A stretch of 32,000 nt of DNA from Acidothermus cellulolyticus 11B (GCF_000015025.1 NC_008578.1:840001-872000), one strand, 5' to 3'. Positions 1-8,110 are shown, numbered from the stretch's first letter. Program-made: numbers and translations. The notes: generated by a model not told the origin, from the letters alone.

Positions 1-114
1 TTTGGTGCAGAGATCGGTATCTCGACGCAGAAGCTGCACGCGCGGGGTCCCATGGCGTTGCCGGAGTTGACGTCGACGAAGTGGATCGTCGTCGGCGACG
101 GGCACGTGCGCTGA
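1..114 (+). CDS. proA: gamma-glutamyl-phosphate reductase, 3' end only (gene runs off the left edge)
   Basis: Frame 1 is open from base 1 to TGA 112-114. The translation [37 protein letters not shown] looks like the conserved ProA C-terminus. proA immediately upstream of nadD is a common actinobacterial arrangement. Confidence 0.7.
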   Translation, partial: FGAEIGISTQKLHARGPMALPELTSTKWIVVGDGHVR

Positions 115-129
115 CCGACGCGGGGTGGT

Positions 130-759
130 GTGGTGACCGGGCGGCGAGCCCGCATCGGGGTGATGGGCGGCACCTTCGACCCGATCCACCATGGTCACCT
201 GGTGGCGGCCAGTGAGGTCGCCAGCCAGTTCCAGCTGGAAGAAGTGATCTTCGTTCCTACCGGTCAGCCGTGGCAGAAGGCGGAGCGTGACATCGCACCA
301 GCTGAAGATCGATACTTGATGACGGTCATTGCGACCGCGTCGAATCCCCGGTTCACCGTGAGCCGGGTCGACATTGACCGGCCGGGTCCGACGTACACGA
401 TCGATACTCTTCGGGATCTCCGAGCGGAGCTCGCCGCACGGGGCTTGACGGATCCCGACCTGTTCTTCATCACGGGCGCGGACGCCCTCGCGAAGATCAT
501 GAGCTGGAATCGCGCCGAGGAGCTCCTCACGATGGCGCATTTCGTCGGGGTCACAAGGCCCGGTCACCGGCTGGATACGCCGACCGGGCTGCCGCCGGAC
601 CGGGTCAGTCTCCTCGAGATTCCCGCACTGGCCATTTCATCGACCGAATGTCGCGAAAGGATCCGGCAGAATCGGCCGATTTGGTATCTCGTGCCGGACG
701 GAATCGTGCAGTACATCAGCAAGCGGGGTCTTTATCGCCGTACGGACGGCGGTCGATGA
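130..759 (+). CDS. nadD: nicotinate-nucleotide adenylyltransferase
   Basis: 209-aa ORF with the nucleotidyltransferase motif [12 protein letters not shown] near the N-terminus. GTG start at 130 follows GGGGTGG. The stop overlaps the next start (ATGA at 756-759). Confidence 0.9.
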   Translation: MVTGRRARIGVMGGTFDPIHHGHLVAASEVASQFQLEEVIFVPTGQPWQKAERDIAPAEDRYLMTVIATASNPRFTVSRVDIDRPGPTYTIDTLRDLRAELAARGLTDPDLFFITGADALAKIMSWNRAEELLTMAHFVGVTRPGHRLDTPTGLPPDRVSLLEIPALAISSTECRERIRQNRPIWYLVPDGIVQYISKRGLYRRTDGGR

Positions 760-2282
760 GCGGCAAGCACCGGGCAACCCCGGGTTCTCGGACGCCGCTT
801 GGCCGCGCCTCGCGCCATCGGGCGGCCCGGGACGGGCGCGGCGTACCACCGGTTGCACCCAGCCGTGGTGACGCGCGAGACCTGGTTGTCGATCTTGCTG
901 GGCTTGAGCGGTCTCAGCCGGGCGGGCACGGGTCCGGCGGGCCGGTGACCGGGCTGGCTGGGCTCGGTGCGACCGGGTCCGACCCCGCCGACAGCATCCG
1001 CCTGCCTGCGGATCAGCCGAGTGCGGACCGCGGTGGAGGTCCTATCGCCACGGTGACCGCGCCGCCGATGGTTGGGACACGCTCGGTACGGCGGCAGCTG
1101 CAGCGCGAACGGGCCGCCCGGATGCGGCGCCGGATCGCGCTGGTCGCTATTCCCGTGCTGGTGGCTGCCGGTCTCATGTCGTGGGCGGTGGCGAACAGCT
1201 CACCCCGTCACCATGTCGCGGGGACGTCGTCCGCCGCGGCCGCGCGCACTCAGACGACCCTGCTCGTCCAGCTGAGCGGTGGATTGCAATCGGCGGTGGC
1301 CAGCGCGCTGGTCGCCCATGATCCAGCGACGCAGAGCGGCGCGGTCATCCTCATCCCGTCGGGATTGATCAGTCAGGTGCCGGGCTTTGGGTCGATGCCG
1401 TTTGGTCAGGCGCTCTCCCTCGGAGACCTGAACGCCCCGCGGGACACGTTGGCCGACCTCATGGGGGTGACGGTCGACGGCGCGTGGGCGCTCACGCCGT
1501 CGGCGTTCGCTCGGTTGGTGGACGCCGTCGGTGGGGTGACGGTCACGGTCGACCGCGACGTCACCAGGACCAGCAACGGCGGCACGGTGATCGTCGTCCC
1601 GGCGGGGACCCGACGGCTCTCCGGTGAGCAGGCCGCCGCGTTCGCGTCTTTCCTCGCCGACGGTGAGGCCGAGCAGCAGCGGCTCGCGCGTTTCGACGCG
1701 GTCTGGAACGCGGTGCTGAGCGGTTTGCCGAAAGATCCTGGCCAGGTTGCCCGGTTGCTGGCCGGCCTCGGATCCGGATCGCGGTCGACGTTCACCGCGG
1801 ATCGACTCGCCGGCCTGCTCGTCGGTTTTGCCGCCGACGCCGCGCAACATCAGACGAGTGACCAGCTCCTTCCGGTGAAAGCGCTGGACACCGTGAACGG
1901 AAGCCAAGCCTTCAGCCTGGACACCGTCGCGACAGCCAAACTGGTCCAGCAGGAGCTGGCGCAGTCGGTGCCTGCGAATCAGAAGCTCACCGGCAATCGG
2001 GTGATGGTCGAGAACCAGCTCGGCACGCCGGGGCTTGCCGAAACCACCCGCAGCAAGCTTGAGCGGGCGGGTTTTGTCTACGTCCAGGGACCGAATGCGC
2101 CGACGATGCCGAACCCTACCGCGCCGTCCGCTGTTCTGATCTTCGACACGTCGTCGTCGGCGATCGCCAAGGGGTATGCGGTGGCGCGGGCTCTCGGCTT
2201 GCCGACCTCGGACGTCAAGGTGGCCTCGCCGATCAGCGTGGCGGACGTCGTCGTGATGGTCGGCGCCGACTACCGGCCGTGA
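756..2282 (+). CDS. LCP-like membrane protein with C-terminal LytR_C domain
   Basis: ATG at 756 overlaps the nadD stop (ATGA); the track ORF from 648 would overlap nadD by 110 nt. The protein has a long Arg/Pro/Gly-rich N-terminus and one TM segment ([19 protein letters not shown]). An LCP-like core follows, and the C-terminus [30 protein letters not shown] is typical of LytR_C. Its position between nadD and rsfS matches other actinomycetes. Confidence 0.7.
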   Translation: MSGKHRATPGSRTPLGRASRHRAARDGRGVPPVAPSRGDARDLVVDLAGLERSQPGGHGSGGPVTGLAGLGATGSDPADSIRLPADQPSADRGGGPIATVTAPPMVGTRSVRRQLQRERAARMRRRIALVAIPVLVAAGLMSWAVANSSPRHHVAGTSSAAAARTQTTLLVQLSGGLQSAVASALVAHDPATQSGAVILIPSGLISQVPGFGSMPFGQALSLGDLNAPRDTLADLMGVTVDGAWALTPSAFARLVDAVGGVTVTVDRDVTRTSNGGTVIVVPAGTRRLSGEQAAAFASFLADGEAEQQRLARFDAVWNAVLSGLPKDPGQVARLLAGLGSGSRSTFTADRLAGLLVGFAADAAQHQTSDQLLPVKALDTVNGSQAFSLDTVATAKLVQQELAQSVPANQKLTGNRVMVENQLGTPGLAETTRSKLERAGFVYVQGPNAPTMPNPTAPSAVLIFDTSSSAIAKGYAVARALGLPTSDVKVASPISVADVVVMVGADYRP

Positions 2283-2434
2283 GCCGCGGGAACGGCTGGG
2301 ACGAGGATCGGCGGGTCTGCCTGCGGCAGCGGTCCGCGCCGCGGCGTGCGGCAAACAGCCCGCCGGCATGAGAAAATGAGCGCTGCGAGCCGGTTGTCGT
2401 ACCGGAAGGGAGCGGCGTCGAAGGTTATGGGCCG

Positions 2435-2833
2435 ATGACGGCATCACCGCGAGCGGTTGAGCTGGCGGTGGCCGCGGCGGAAGCGGCTGCGGAGAAGCTG
2501 GCGCGGGACATCGTCGCCTTTGACGTGAGCGATCGTCTGCCTATCACCGATGCGTTCGTGCTGGCGTCGGCGTCGAACGATCGTCAGGTTCGCGCCGTGG
2601 TCGACGCGATCGAGGAACGGTTGCAGAAGTTCCACCGGGCGAAGCCGCTTCACCGCGAGGGGGAGGCGGAGTGCCGGTGGGTGCTGCTCGACTACCTGGA
2701 CGTCGTCGTCCACGTCCAACACGTCGAGGATCGGCTGTACTACGGCCTTGAGCGTCTCTGGAAGGACTGCCCCACCCTGCCCTTGCCGGCGGCGGTCACC
2801 GGGGCGGACAGCGCAGCGGTCGGCGCGTCGTAG
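2435..2833 (+). CDS. rsfS: ribosome silencing factor RsfS
   Basis: 132-aa ORF with the characteristic core DIVAFDVSDRLPITDAFVLASASNDRQVRAVVDAIEE...WVLLDYLDVVVHVQ. Conserved position after nadD. Confidence 0.9.
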   Translation: MTASPRAVELAVAAAEAAAEKLARDIVAFDVSDRLPITDAFVLASASNDRQVRAVVDAIEERLQKFHRAKPLHREGEAECRWVLLDYLDVVVHVQHVEDRLYYGLERLWKDCPTLPLPAAVTGADSAAVGAS

Positions 2834-2934
2834 TCGGCTGGCGCTCGCTCAAGACCGGCGGCGCTGGTACGGGGGCCGGGCGTTGCCGGGGCGCCGGCCG
2901 GAATCCGCACACGGCGTTCCGTCGCGGGGCCGGT

Positions 2935-2958
2935 GCGCTGCGGTGCACCCCGCAGCGC
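2935..2958 (+). terminator. GC-rich hairpin downstream of rsfS (9-bp perfect stem, no U-tract)
   Basis: GCGCTGCGG (2935-2943), loop TGCACC, CCGCAGCGC (2950-2958). An overlapping alternative stem TGCACC/GGTGCA spans 2944-2964. There is no T-run, so it is an I-shaped hairpin at best. Confidence 0.3.
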
Positions 2959-2996
2959 GGTGCAGCGCCGTCCGTTAGACTCGTGGCGCGTTACCC

Positions 2997-3069
2997 GGGG
3001 CTATAGCTCAGCTGGTAGAGCGCTTGTCTGGCAGACAAGAGGTCAGGGGTTCGAGTCCCCTTAGCTCCA
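2997..3069 (+). tRNA. tRNA-Ala (anticodon GGC)
   Basis: 73-nt cloverleaf read by hand. The acceptor GGGGCTA/TAGCTCC carries the Ala identity pair G3:U70. D-arm is GCTC-AGCTGGTA-GAGC; anticodon stem is CTTGT/ACAAG with loop CTGGCAG (GGC). T-arm is AGGGG-TTCGAGT-CCCCT and the discriminator is A. CCA is not encoded. A TAGACT -10-like hexamer lies at 2976-2981. Confidence 0.95.
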
Positions 3070-3147
3070 CAAGCGTTTCGCATTCGAACTCGCCGGGTCC
3101 GGAAGAGCCCGCCGGACAGCAGGCGGGAGACCGTGCGGGTGATCCGA

Positions 3148-3189
3148 CAGTCCTTGATCTGGCAGTCCCTGATCCGGATTACCTTGATC
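3148..3189. repeat. three phased copies of CC(T/C)TGATC at an exact 15-bp period
   Basis: CAGTCCTTGATC at 3148-3159, CAGTCCCTGATC at 3163-3174 and ACCTTGATC at 3181-3189. The array lies 34-75 bp upstream of the predicted -35 at 3223. Confidence 0.85.
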
Positions 3190-3222
3190 ACGTCGTTGCC
3201 GCGCAGCCGATGGGTTGAGTCA

Positions 3223-3251
3223 TTGACTGTTTTGTCTCGGCACAGTACCCT
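3223..3251 (+). promoter_or_regulatory. predicted housekeeping-type promoter (-35 TTGACT, 17-bp spacer, -10 TACCCT)
   Basis: TTGACT at 3223-3228, a 17-nt spacer at 3229-3245, and TACCCT (TAnnnT) at 3246-3251. It would drive a transcript starting near 3258 that covers the micro-ORF at 3342. Confidence 0.35.
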
Positions 3252-3297
3252 TCTCCAAAGGATAAGGCTGGCCCGTGCGGATTCCCGGTCGACCCAG

Positions 3298-3330
3298 GCT
3301 CTGTCCGACCGACGGAGCGCTCTGTCCGAC
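3298..3330. repeat. 12-bp perfect direct repeat GCTCTGTCCGAC x2, 21-bp period, ending 1 nt before a Shine-Dalgarno
   Basis: Copy 1 is at 3298-3309 and copy 2 at 3319-3330. AGGAGG follows at 3331-3336. Confidence 0.9.
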
Positions 3331-3341
3331 AGGAGGCTTCG

Positions 3342-3473
3342 GTGTTTCGGAAGGGGCTTGTCGCAGGCACCATTGCGACGTGGCTTGTTTTGGCAACAGC
3401 TGCCCCGACTTTTGCGTACGACGGCTCAACAGCCGCGTCGAATGCAGGTCGGACGCGGAACCGATCCGAATAA
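3342..3473 (+). CDS. 43-aa micro-ORF with Sec-type signal peptide (hypothetical secreted peptide)
   Basis: Not in the supplied ORF track (too short). A perfect AGGAGG (3331-3336) lies 5 nt before GTG 3342. The translation is MFRKGLVAGTIATWLVLATAAPTFAYDGSTAASNAGRTRNRSE. It has a basic n-region, a hydrophobic core and an A-x-A-like TFA/YD cleavage site, leaving an 18-aa hydrophilic product. GC3 is only 25/43, atypical for this genome. No homology check was possible. Confidence 0.4.
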   Translation: MFRKGLVAGTIATWLVLATAAPTFAYDGSTAASNAGRTRNRSE

Positions 3474-3619
3474 TGGTTTTTACGGCGATTATGTCGATGA
3501 GCACACGTGAAATCGAAAGCACGCTCTCTGGCCTTTCCTCCCGTACAATCCAGAGCGGCCACCACGACTATTTTCTTTATGCACATATCACCGGATAACA
3601 AATGAGAAGGTTTCACACG

Positions 3620-4303
3620 ATGGTCAGAAGCGGACGCCTAGCCACGATGAGCCCTGTCCTAGCGGGTATCGCGGCAGGGGCGCTCGGCGTCGGGGGCTGG
3701 CTGCTGGCCAGCCATCCAGCTCACACGGACCGGTCGCCGCGCACATCGCTGGCGACAGCATCGGCGTCATCAACATCCCCCGCCCCGGCATCGGTGCAGC
3801 GGGCGAGCGTGGAAGCGGTTGTTGCCAGGGCCTTGGAGATCGACCAAACACTGCCAATCCCACCTGTGCCGGTCAACAAGGCGGCGGCTGTGAGCTCGAC
3901 CGCCGATGTGCCCGCCGCTCCTGCGCCGGACGACGCCGTGCGCGCGAAGCAGATCGCGAATGCCGACACCGCGATCGAATCTGTCTTCGATGCCGCAGGG
4001 GCTGTCAATGAGAAAAAAGCGTTGAACAACGCCATCACGATGGAACGGGACCCGAACTTCCGTGCGCTTGCGGCGGGCGTATCGAACATTCGCTACAAGG
4101 ACGTCGAGATCAGCGGCTCGCTTGCGACGGTGACGGGGGTGGTGACCGTGTGGTCGAAGACCGAGACCTTCAATAACGGCCGGTGGTTGATTTCGTCACC
4201 GAGTAGCGACCTCGAGTTTCAGATGACCCTGGCGGCAGATTCGAGCGGTCACTGGAAAGTGCACTCGTACAGCTGGACATTTGCTCCCGGCTCTGAACCG
4301 TGA
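3620..4303 (+). CDS. hypothetical membrane-anchored protein
   Basis: ATG 3620 is preceded by GAGAAGG (3604-3610); the track ORF starts at 3602. It has an N-terminal TM anchor (SPVLAGIAAGALGVGGWLLA), an Ala/Ser/Pro-rich linker and a C-terminal globular part of about 120 aa. I recognise no motif in it. Codon usage is more A/T-ending than in neighbouring genes. Confidence 0.65.
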   Translation: MVRSGRLATMSPVLAGIAAGALGVGGWLLASHPAHTDRSPRTSLATASASSTSPAPASVQRASVEAVVARALEIDQTLPIPPVPVNKAAAVSSTADVPAAPAPDDAVRAKQIANADTAIESVFDAAGAVNEKKALNNAITMERDPNFRALAAGVSNIRYKDVEISGSLATVTGVVTVWSKTETFNNGRWLISSPSSDLEFQMTLAADSSGHWKVHSYSWTFAPGSEP

Positions 4304-4502
4304 GGAGCCGGGCAGCGTCTGCTCCGCGCATGAGCGATGGTCGAGGGGCTGCGTCAGCCAGCGACCGGTAGTGCTGGGATCTGTCCCGCACACGACCGGG
4401 GCAACGGGTGCGCTGACCGGCGTCGCGAGCCGTGCGCAAGCAGTTCCGACTGGATGGACAACGCCGGCCGGGGCAGGCGGCTGAGGGGGAACCGGCAACC
4501 GG

Positions 4503-5339
4503 TCAGACCGCGTGGACAAGGCCGGTCGTCAGCGCGGCCACCACGAAGACAGCGACGGTGACGCGGTACCACACGAAATTGGTGAGCGAATGATGCGCGA
4601 CGAACCGCAGCAGCCAGGCGATCGACGCGTACGCCGTGAGAAAAGCCATGCCGGTTCCCACGACGAGACTTGCCATGGAGACTCCGGACGTGCCGACGGC
4701 GTCTTTGAGCTCGAAAATGCCGGCGGCGAGCAGTGCAGGAATCGCCAGCAAAAAGGAAAATCGGGTTGCCGCGACCCGGTCGAATCCTTGCCGAAGACCG
4801 GCGCTGATGGTCGCGCCGGAGCGGGAGACGCCCGGAACCAGGGCAAGCACTTGAATGACGCCTATGAATACGGCGTCTGGCAATCGCATGTCCCGCAGGT
4901 CGCGACGCTGGGCGGCGGTACGTTCCGCGTACACGATAGCGATGCTCCACAGCACCAGACCGGCGACGACGTACCACAGCGACCGCAGGTCGTGTTTGAT
5001 GACATTGCGGCCCAGATAGCCGGCCAAGCCGATGGGAATGGTGCCGGCGATGACGTACCAGCCGAGCAGTGCATCGGGGGATCGGCGCTCGTCGGCACGG
5101 ACCAGTCCACGGAACCACGCGGTCACGACCGTACGGATATCCCGGCGGAAGTAGACAATAGCCGCGAGAATCGCACCCATCTGAATGACCGCGGTGAACG
5201 CCGTCACCGCCGGTGCGTCCGTCTTCATGCCCATGAGTGCTTCCGCAATCGTGAGGTGCGCCGTGCTGGACACCGGAAGGAATTCCGTCACTCCTTCGAT
5301 CACGCCAAGGACCACTGCGCTGACGCCGTTCACGGCCAT
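4503..5339 (-). CDS. uppP: undecaprenyl-diphosphate phosphatase
   Basis: The motif VLGVIEGVTEFLPVSSTAHL lies at the N-terminus and the protein is multi-pass membrane. The start is moved to ATG 5339 (MAVNGVSAVV...), preceded by GAGAGGAG; the track ORF extends to 5486. Confidence 0.9.
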   Translation of the reverse strand: MAVNGVSAVVLGVIEGVTEFLPVSSTAHLTIAEALMGMKTDAPAVTAFTAVIQMGAILAAIVYFRRDIRTVVTAWFRGLVRADERRSPDALLGWYVIAGTIPIGLAGYLGRNVIKHDLRSLWYVVAGLVLWSIAIVYAERTAAQRRDLRDMRLPDAVFIGVIQVLALVPGVSRSGATISAGLRQGFDRVAATRFSFLLAIPALLAAGIFELKDAVGTSGVSMASLVVGTGMAFLTAYASIAWLLRFVAHHSLTNFVWYRVTVAVFVVAALTTGLVHAV

Positions 5340-5657
5340 GCTCCTCTCGTCGGGAAAAAGTGTTGCGGCGGAAAGCCATGCATCCCGCCATAGCCGTGGA
5401 CCGGGTCCTTCCAGTGCGCCCGGCTCATGCGGCCGGTGACGCGGGCAGCGCCACACCGTGGCCGGCCGGTCACTCTGCTGCGGCACGACGGAGAAAATCT
5501 ACCGGGAGAATTTAGCGGGTCGAAACGACGCCCGGAAGGTCCGCGAGGTGACAGGTAGACAACCGACCGGTGAACTTCCGGAGGGCACGCGGCGCACCGG
5601 CGCGCGGGTCGGGGTATCCTCGCAGCTGATCGGGGACGGCGGAGGTGACGCAGCAGC

Positions 5658-6845
5658 GTGAACCTTTCGGTCATCTCGGTCGGATTTGTCACCGGCCTTG
5701 CGGTTGTCACCGCCACGGCCTGGTTGGGAGCGGTACTCATCGCCTGCCGGCGCCGATTCGGTTTCGCAGCCGCGACGGCGCTCGTGGCAGCCGTTCTTAC
5801 CGTGGTGACGGCGGCGGATGTCGTCAACGCCTATTACGAGTACCGTCCAACGATTGCGGACGTCTTCGGACTCGCCCGGTGGACGACGCTCAGTTCTCGG
5901 CAGGTGGCATTGCTCACGGCTCCGCCGAGTCCATCGTCGTCGCTCGCGGCGCGGGAACCGAACGCCGCTGCGGCCGGACGCCCGCGGCATGCCGTCCTGC
6001 CGGTGGGACAAGCGACCCGGCGGGCGGTGGCGGCCCGCGGCGCAGTGACGAGCGTGGCGGTGACCGATGGGCAAACCAGCTTTCCGGTTGGCCGGGTGCT
6101 CGTCTACCTTCCGCCGCAGTATTTCACCGACCCGACGGCGCGATTTCCCACCGTGTACTTGCTGCACGGCTCGCCCGGCGAGCCGGCCGACTGGCTGCGG
6201 TCCGCGGACGCCTTCCACGTCGGAGCAGAGCTGGCCGGTGCCGGTCATCCCCTGATTCTCGTTTTTCCACCGGTAGGCCGCAGCTGGTCGGACGATTCGG
6301 AATGCGTCGACGGTGCGCACGAAGCAGTCGAAACCTATCTGATACAGCATGTTGTTCCCACGATCGATGCGCGGTTCCGCACCATTCCGTCGAGAAATGA
6401 CCGTTCGATCGGTGGGTTGTCGGCCGGCGGGTTCTGTGCGCTCAACCTTGGATTACGGCACCGGGACCTTTTCAGCGCCGTCCTCGACTTCTCCGGGTAC
6501 ACGCATCCCACGCATCAAGGCGGGATGGCCGCCCTCTTCGGTCACCGACCGGATCTCGCGGCCGTCGTCGCCGCGAACAGCCCCGACCGGTATGCCGCCG
6601 ACCTGCCGGCGTTGCCTCCCACTCGGGTCTTCTTTGCCTGCGGTGCGGAGGAAGGCGGGATTGCCGCGGCGATGCGGGCCATGGCGGCCACCCTCGGCGC
6701 GCGGGGAATTCCGGCCACCATGCAGCGGTTCCCGGGAGGCCATACCTTCGCGGTCTGGCGGCCGGCGCTTGCCGCCGCCCTCGACTGGCTCACCGGGGTG
6801 GAAGAAACCTCGACAGCCCCGGCGATTGCCAGGCCGGTCGTCTGA
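5658..6845 (+). CDS. membrane-anchored putative esterase (esterase D / alpha-beta hydrolase family)
   Basis: GTG 5658 follows GGAGGTG (5640-5646). Two N-terminal TM helices precede VLVYLPPQYF...PTVYLLHGSPGEPADWL. A GxSxG-type nucleophile elbow is present (GGLSAGGFCAL). Confidence 0.8.
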   Translation: MNLSVISVGFVTGLAVVTATAWLGAVLIACRRRFGFAAATALVAAVLTVVTAADVVNAYYEYRPTIADVFGLARWTTLSSRQVALLTAPPSPSSSLAAREPNAAAAGRPRHAVLPVGQATRRAVAARGAVTSVAVTDGQTSFPVGRVLVYLPPQYFTDPTARFPTVYLLHGSPGEPADWLRSADAFHVGAELAGAGHPLILVFPPVGRSWSDDSECVDGAHEAVETYLIQHVVPTIDARFRTIPSRNDRSIGGLSAGGFCALNLGLRHRDLFSAVLDFSGYTHPTHQGGMAALFGHRPDLAAVVAANSPDRYAADLPALPPTRVFFACGAEEGGIAAAMRAMAATLGARGIPATMQRFPGGHTFAVWRPALAAALDWLTGVEETSTAPAIARPVV

Positions 6846-6878
6846 TCCCGCGCCACCGGTCACCTGATCCCGCGCCAC
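6842..6878. repeat. 15-bp direct repeat CTGATCCCGCGCCAC x2 (22-bp period) spanning the esterase stop codon
   Basis: Copy 1 at 6842-6856 contains the TGA at 6843-6845. Copy 2 is at 6864-6878. Confidence 0.9.
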
Positions 6879-6973
6879 GCCTCTGCTGCCGCGTTACGCG
6901 TGCGTCCGGTCGTAACGATCGCGGTGCGTTGTGCGGCAAACCGTCATGCAGGCAGCACGCGCGCGAGCCGCGT

Positions 6974-8110
6974 CTAATCGGCGACGACCGCGGAGCGTTG
7001 CGCAGCCGCCTGATCGAGGCGGGTCTGCCACCGTTCCTCGACCCGTCCGACCTTCCACACGATCAGTGCCACGGCCCACACTGCTGCGAACAACCCGACG
7101 ATGACGAAGCCGAGGGTGTTCAGGTCGAGGTTGGACACCCAATCCCAGAACCCGCCGGACAGTTGCAGCTGCTCCGCAAGAATGCTCAGCAGTTCGGCTG
7201 TTCCGATGATGAGCGCCACCGCCACCGACAGGCCGGTGATCGTGAGGTTGTAGTAAATCTTGCGCACCGGTTTGGAGAACGCCCAACCGTAAGCGAAATT
7301 CATGAACGAACCGTCGATGGTGTCAAGCAGGCTCATCCCTGCGGCGAAGAGAATCGGCAGGCAGAGGATGGCGTACCAGGGGAGTCCCGATGCGGTCGCG
7401 GATCCGGCCAGCACCAACAGCGCAACTTCGGTCGCCGTGTCAAAGCCGAGTCCGAAGAGCAGTCCCAGAGGGTACATCTGCCACGGCTTGGTGATGGAGC
7501 GCATGACCCGTCCGAGGATGCGGTTCATGAACCCGCGATTGTTGAGCTGCTCCTCCAATGCCGCCTCGTCGTACACCCCGCGCCGCATCTCGCGGAAAAC
7601 CTTGATGATGCCGGCCAGAATGACAATGTTCAGGATCGCGATGACGTAAAGGAATGTGCCGGAGACGGTTGTGCCGATGAGGCCCGTGTAGTGATGCAGG
7701 GACGAGTTCTCGTTCTTGACGGATCCGACGATCGTCCGTACCCCGATCGACAGCAGGAAGGCCAGCGCGAAAACCACCGTTGAGTGGCCGAGGGAGAAGA
7801 AGAATCCAATGGACAGCGGCCGCTGACCGTCATTCATCAACTTTCGGGTCGTGTTGTCGATGGCCGAGATGTGATCGGCGTCGAACGCGTGCCGCAGTCC
7901 CAGGGTGTACGCCGTCACGCCGATGCCCAAGCCGAAGGTTTTCGCGCCAATGCTCAAGTGCTGCGGCTCGACGATCGCAAGTAACGTAAACCACCCGATG
8001 ACGTGCAACCCGATAATAACGGCGGCCATGCCGGCGATTCGCGACCATTCCAATCCAGTCAGACGCCGCCGGGCGGTCGGTCTGGCTTCGGTCGCGGACA
8101 GCTGCGCCAC
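6974..8110 (-). CDS. HoxN/HupN/NixA-family (NiCoT) nickel/cobalt permease
   Basis: NiCoT signature RHAFDADHISAIDN and a multi-pass membrane protein. The start is placed at GTG 8110, 5 nt after GGAGGAG. The track's TTG at 8152 would sit inside the predicted -10. Confidence 0.85.
   Translation of the reverse strand: MAQLSATEARPTARRRLTGLEWSRIAGMAAVIIGLHVIGWFTLLAIVEPQHLSIGAKTFGLGIGVTAYTLGLRHAFDADHISAIDNTTRKLMNDGQRPLSIGFFFSLGHSTVVFALAFLLSIGVRTIVGSVKNENSSLHHYTGLIGTTVSGTFLYVIAILNIVILAGIIKVFREMRRGVYDEAALEEQLNNRGFMNRILGRVMRSITKPWQMYPLGLLFGLGFDTATEVALLVLAGSATASGLPWYAILCLPILFAAGMSLLDTIDGSFMNFAYGWAFSKPVRKIYYNLTITGLSVAVALIIGTAELLSILAEQLQLSGGFWDWVSNLDLNTLGFVIVGLFAAVWAVALIVWKVGRVEERWQTRLDQAAAQRSAVVAD

Noticed and set aside
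648-755. Longest-ORF starts for several genes. These are LCP at 648, uppP at 5486, NiCoT at 8152, fbiC at 11082, degV at 13844, MOSC at 21447, hrcA at 24923, rsmE at 27165, sigma at 29963 and HIT at 30028.
   Set aside because: Each extension either overlaps the upstream gene substantially or lacks an SD. In every case an internal start has a well-spaced SD and yields the N-terminus typical of the family.
1200-2447. Very long antisense or out-of-frame ORFs throughout the window. Examples are 1200-2447(-), 4354-5391(-), 8171-9361(-), 22324-24348(-), 25827-27944(-) and 29830-31422(-).
   Set aside because: They overlap genes with clear family motifs and are Arg/Pro/Gly-rich with no motifs of their own. 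Open frames of this kind are expected by chance in ~70% GC DNA, where stop codons are rare.
3188-3616. Minus-strand ORFs 3188-3616 and 3220-3522 and plus-strand ORFs 3133-3510 and 3275-3598 in the spacer downstream of tRNA-Ala.
   Set aside because: They lack an RBS, have implausible composition (Arg/Ser/Cys-rich) and show no codon bias. They mutually overlap in a region that looks like promoter and leader DNA. Only the short 3342-3473 frame has coherent signals.
3070-4502. An integrated mobile element with att sites at tRNA-Ala.
   Set aside because: I found no integrase or recombinase ORF, and no second copy of the tRNA 3' end (..GGTTCGAGTCCCCTTAGCTCCA) by eye downstream. I kept only the weaker claim of a compositionally atypical islet.
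5520-5657. A cobalamin riboswitch upstream of the esterase (CCGGTGAACTTCCGG resembles part of the B12 element core), and likewise upstream of the NiCoT gene.
   Set aside because: No B12 box (GCCACTG-like) or the other conserved cobalamin riboswitch segments are visible. The NiCoT leader is predicted to be only about 35 nt.
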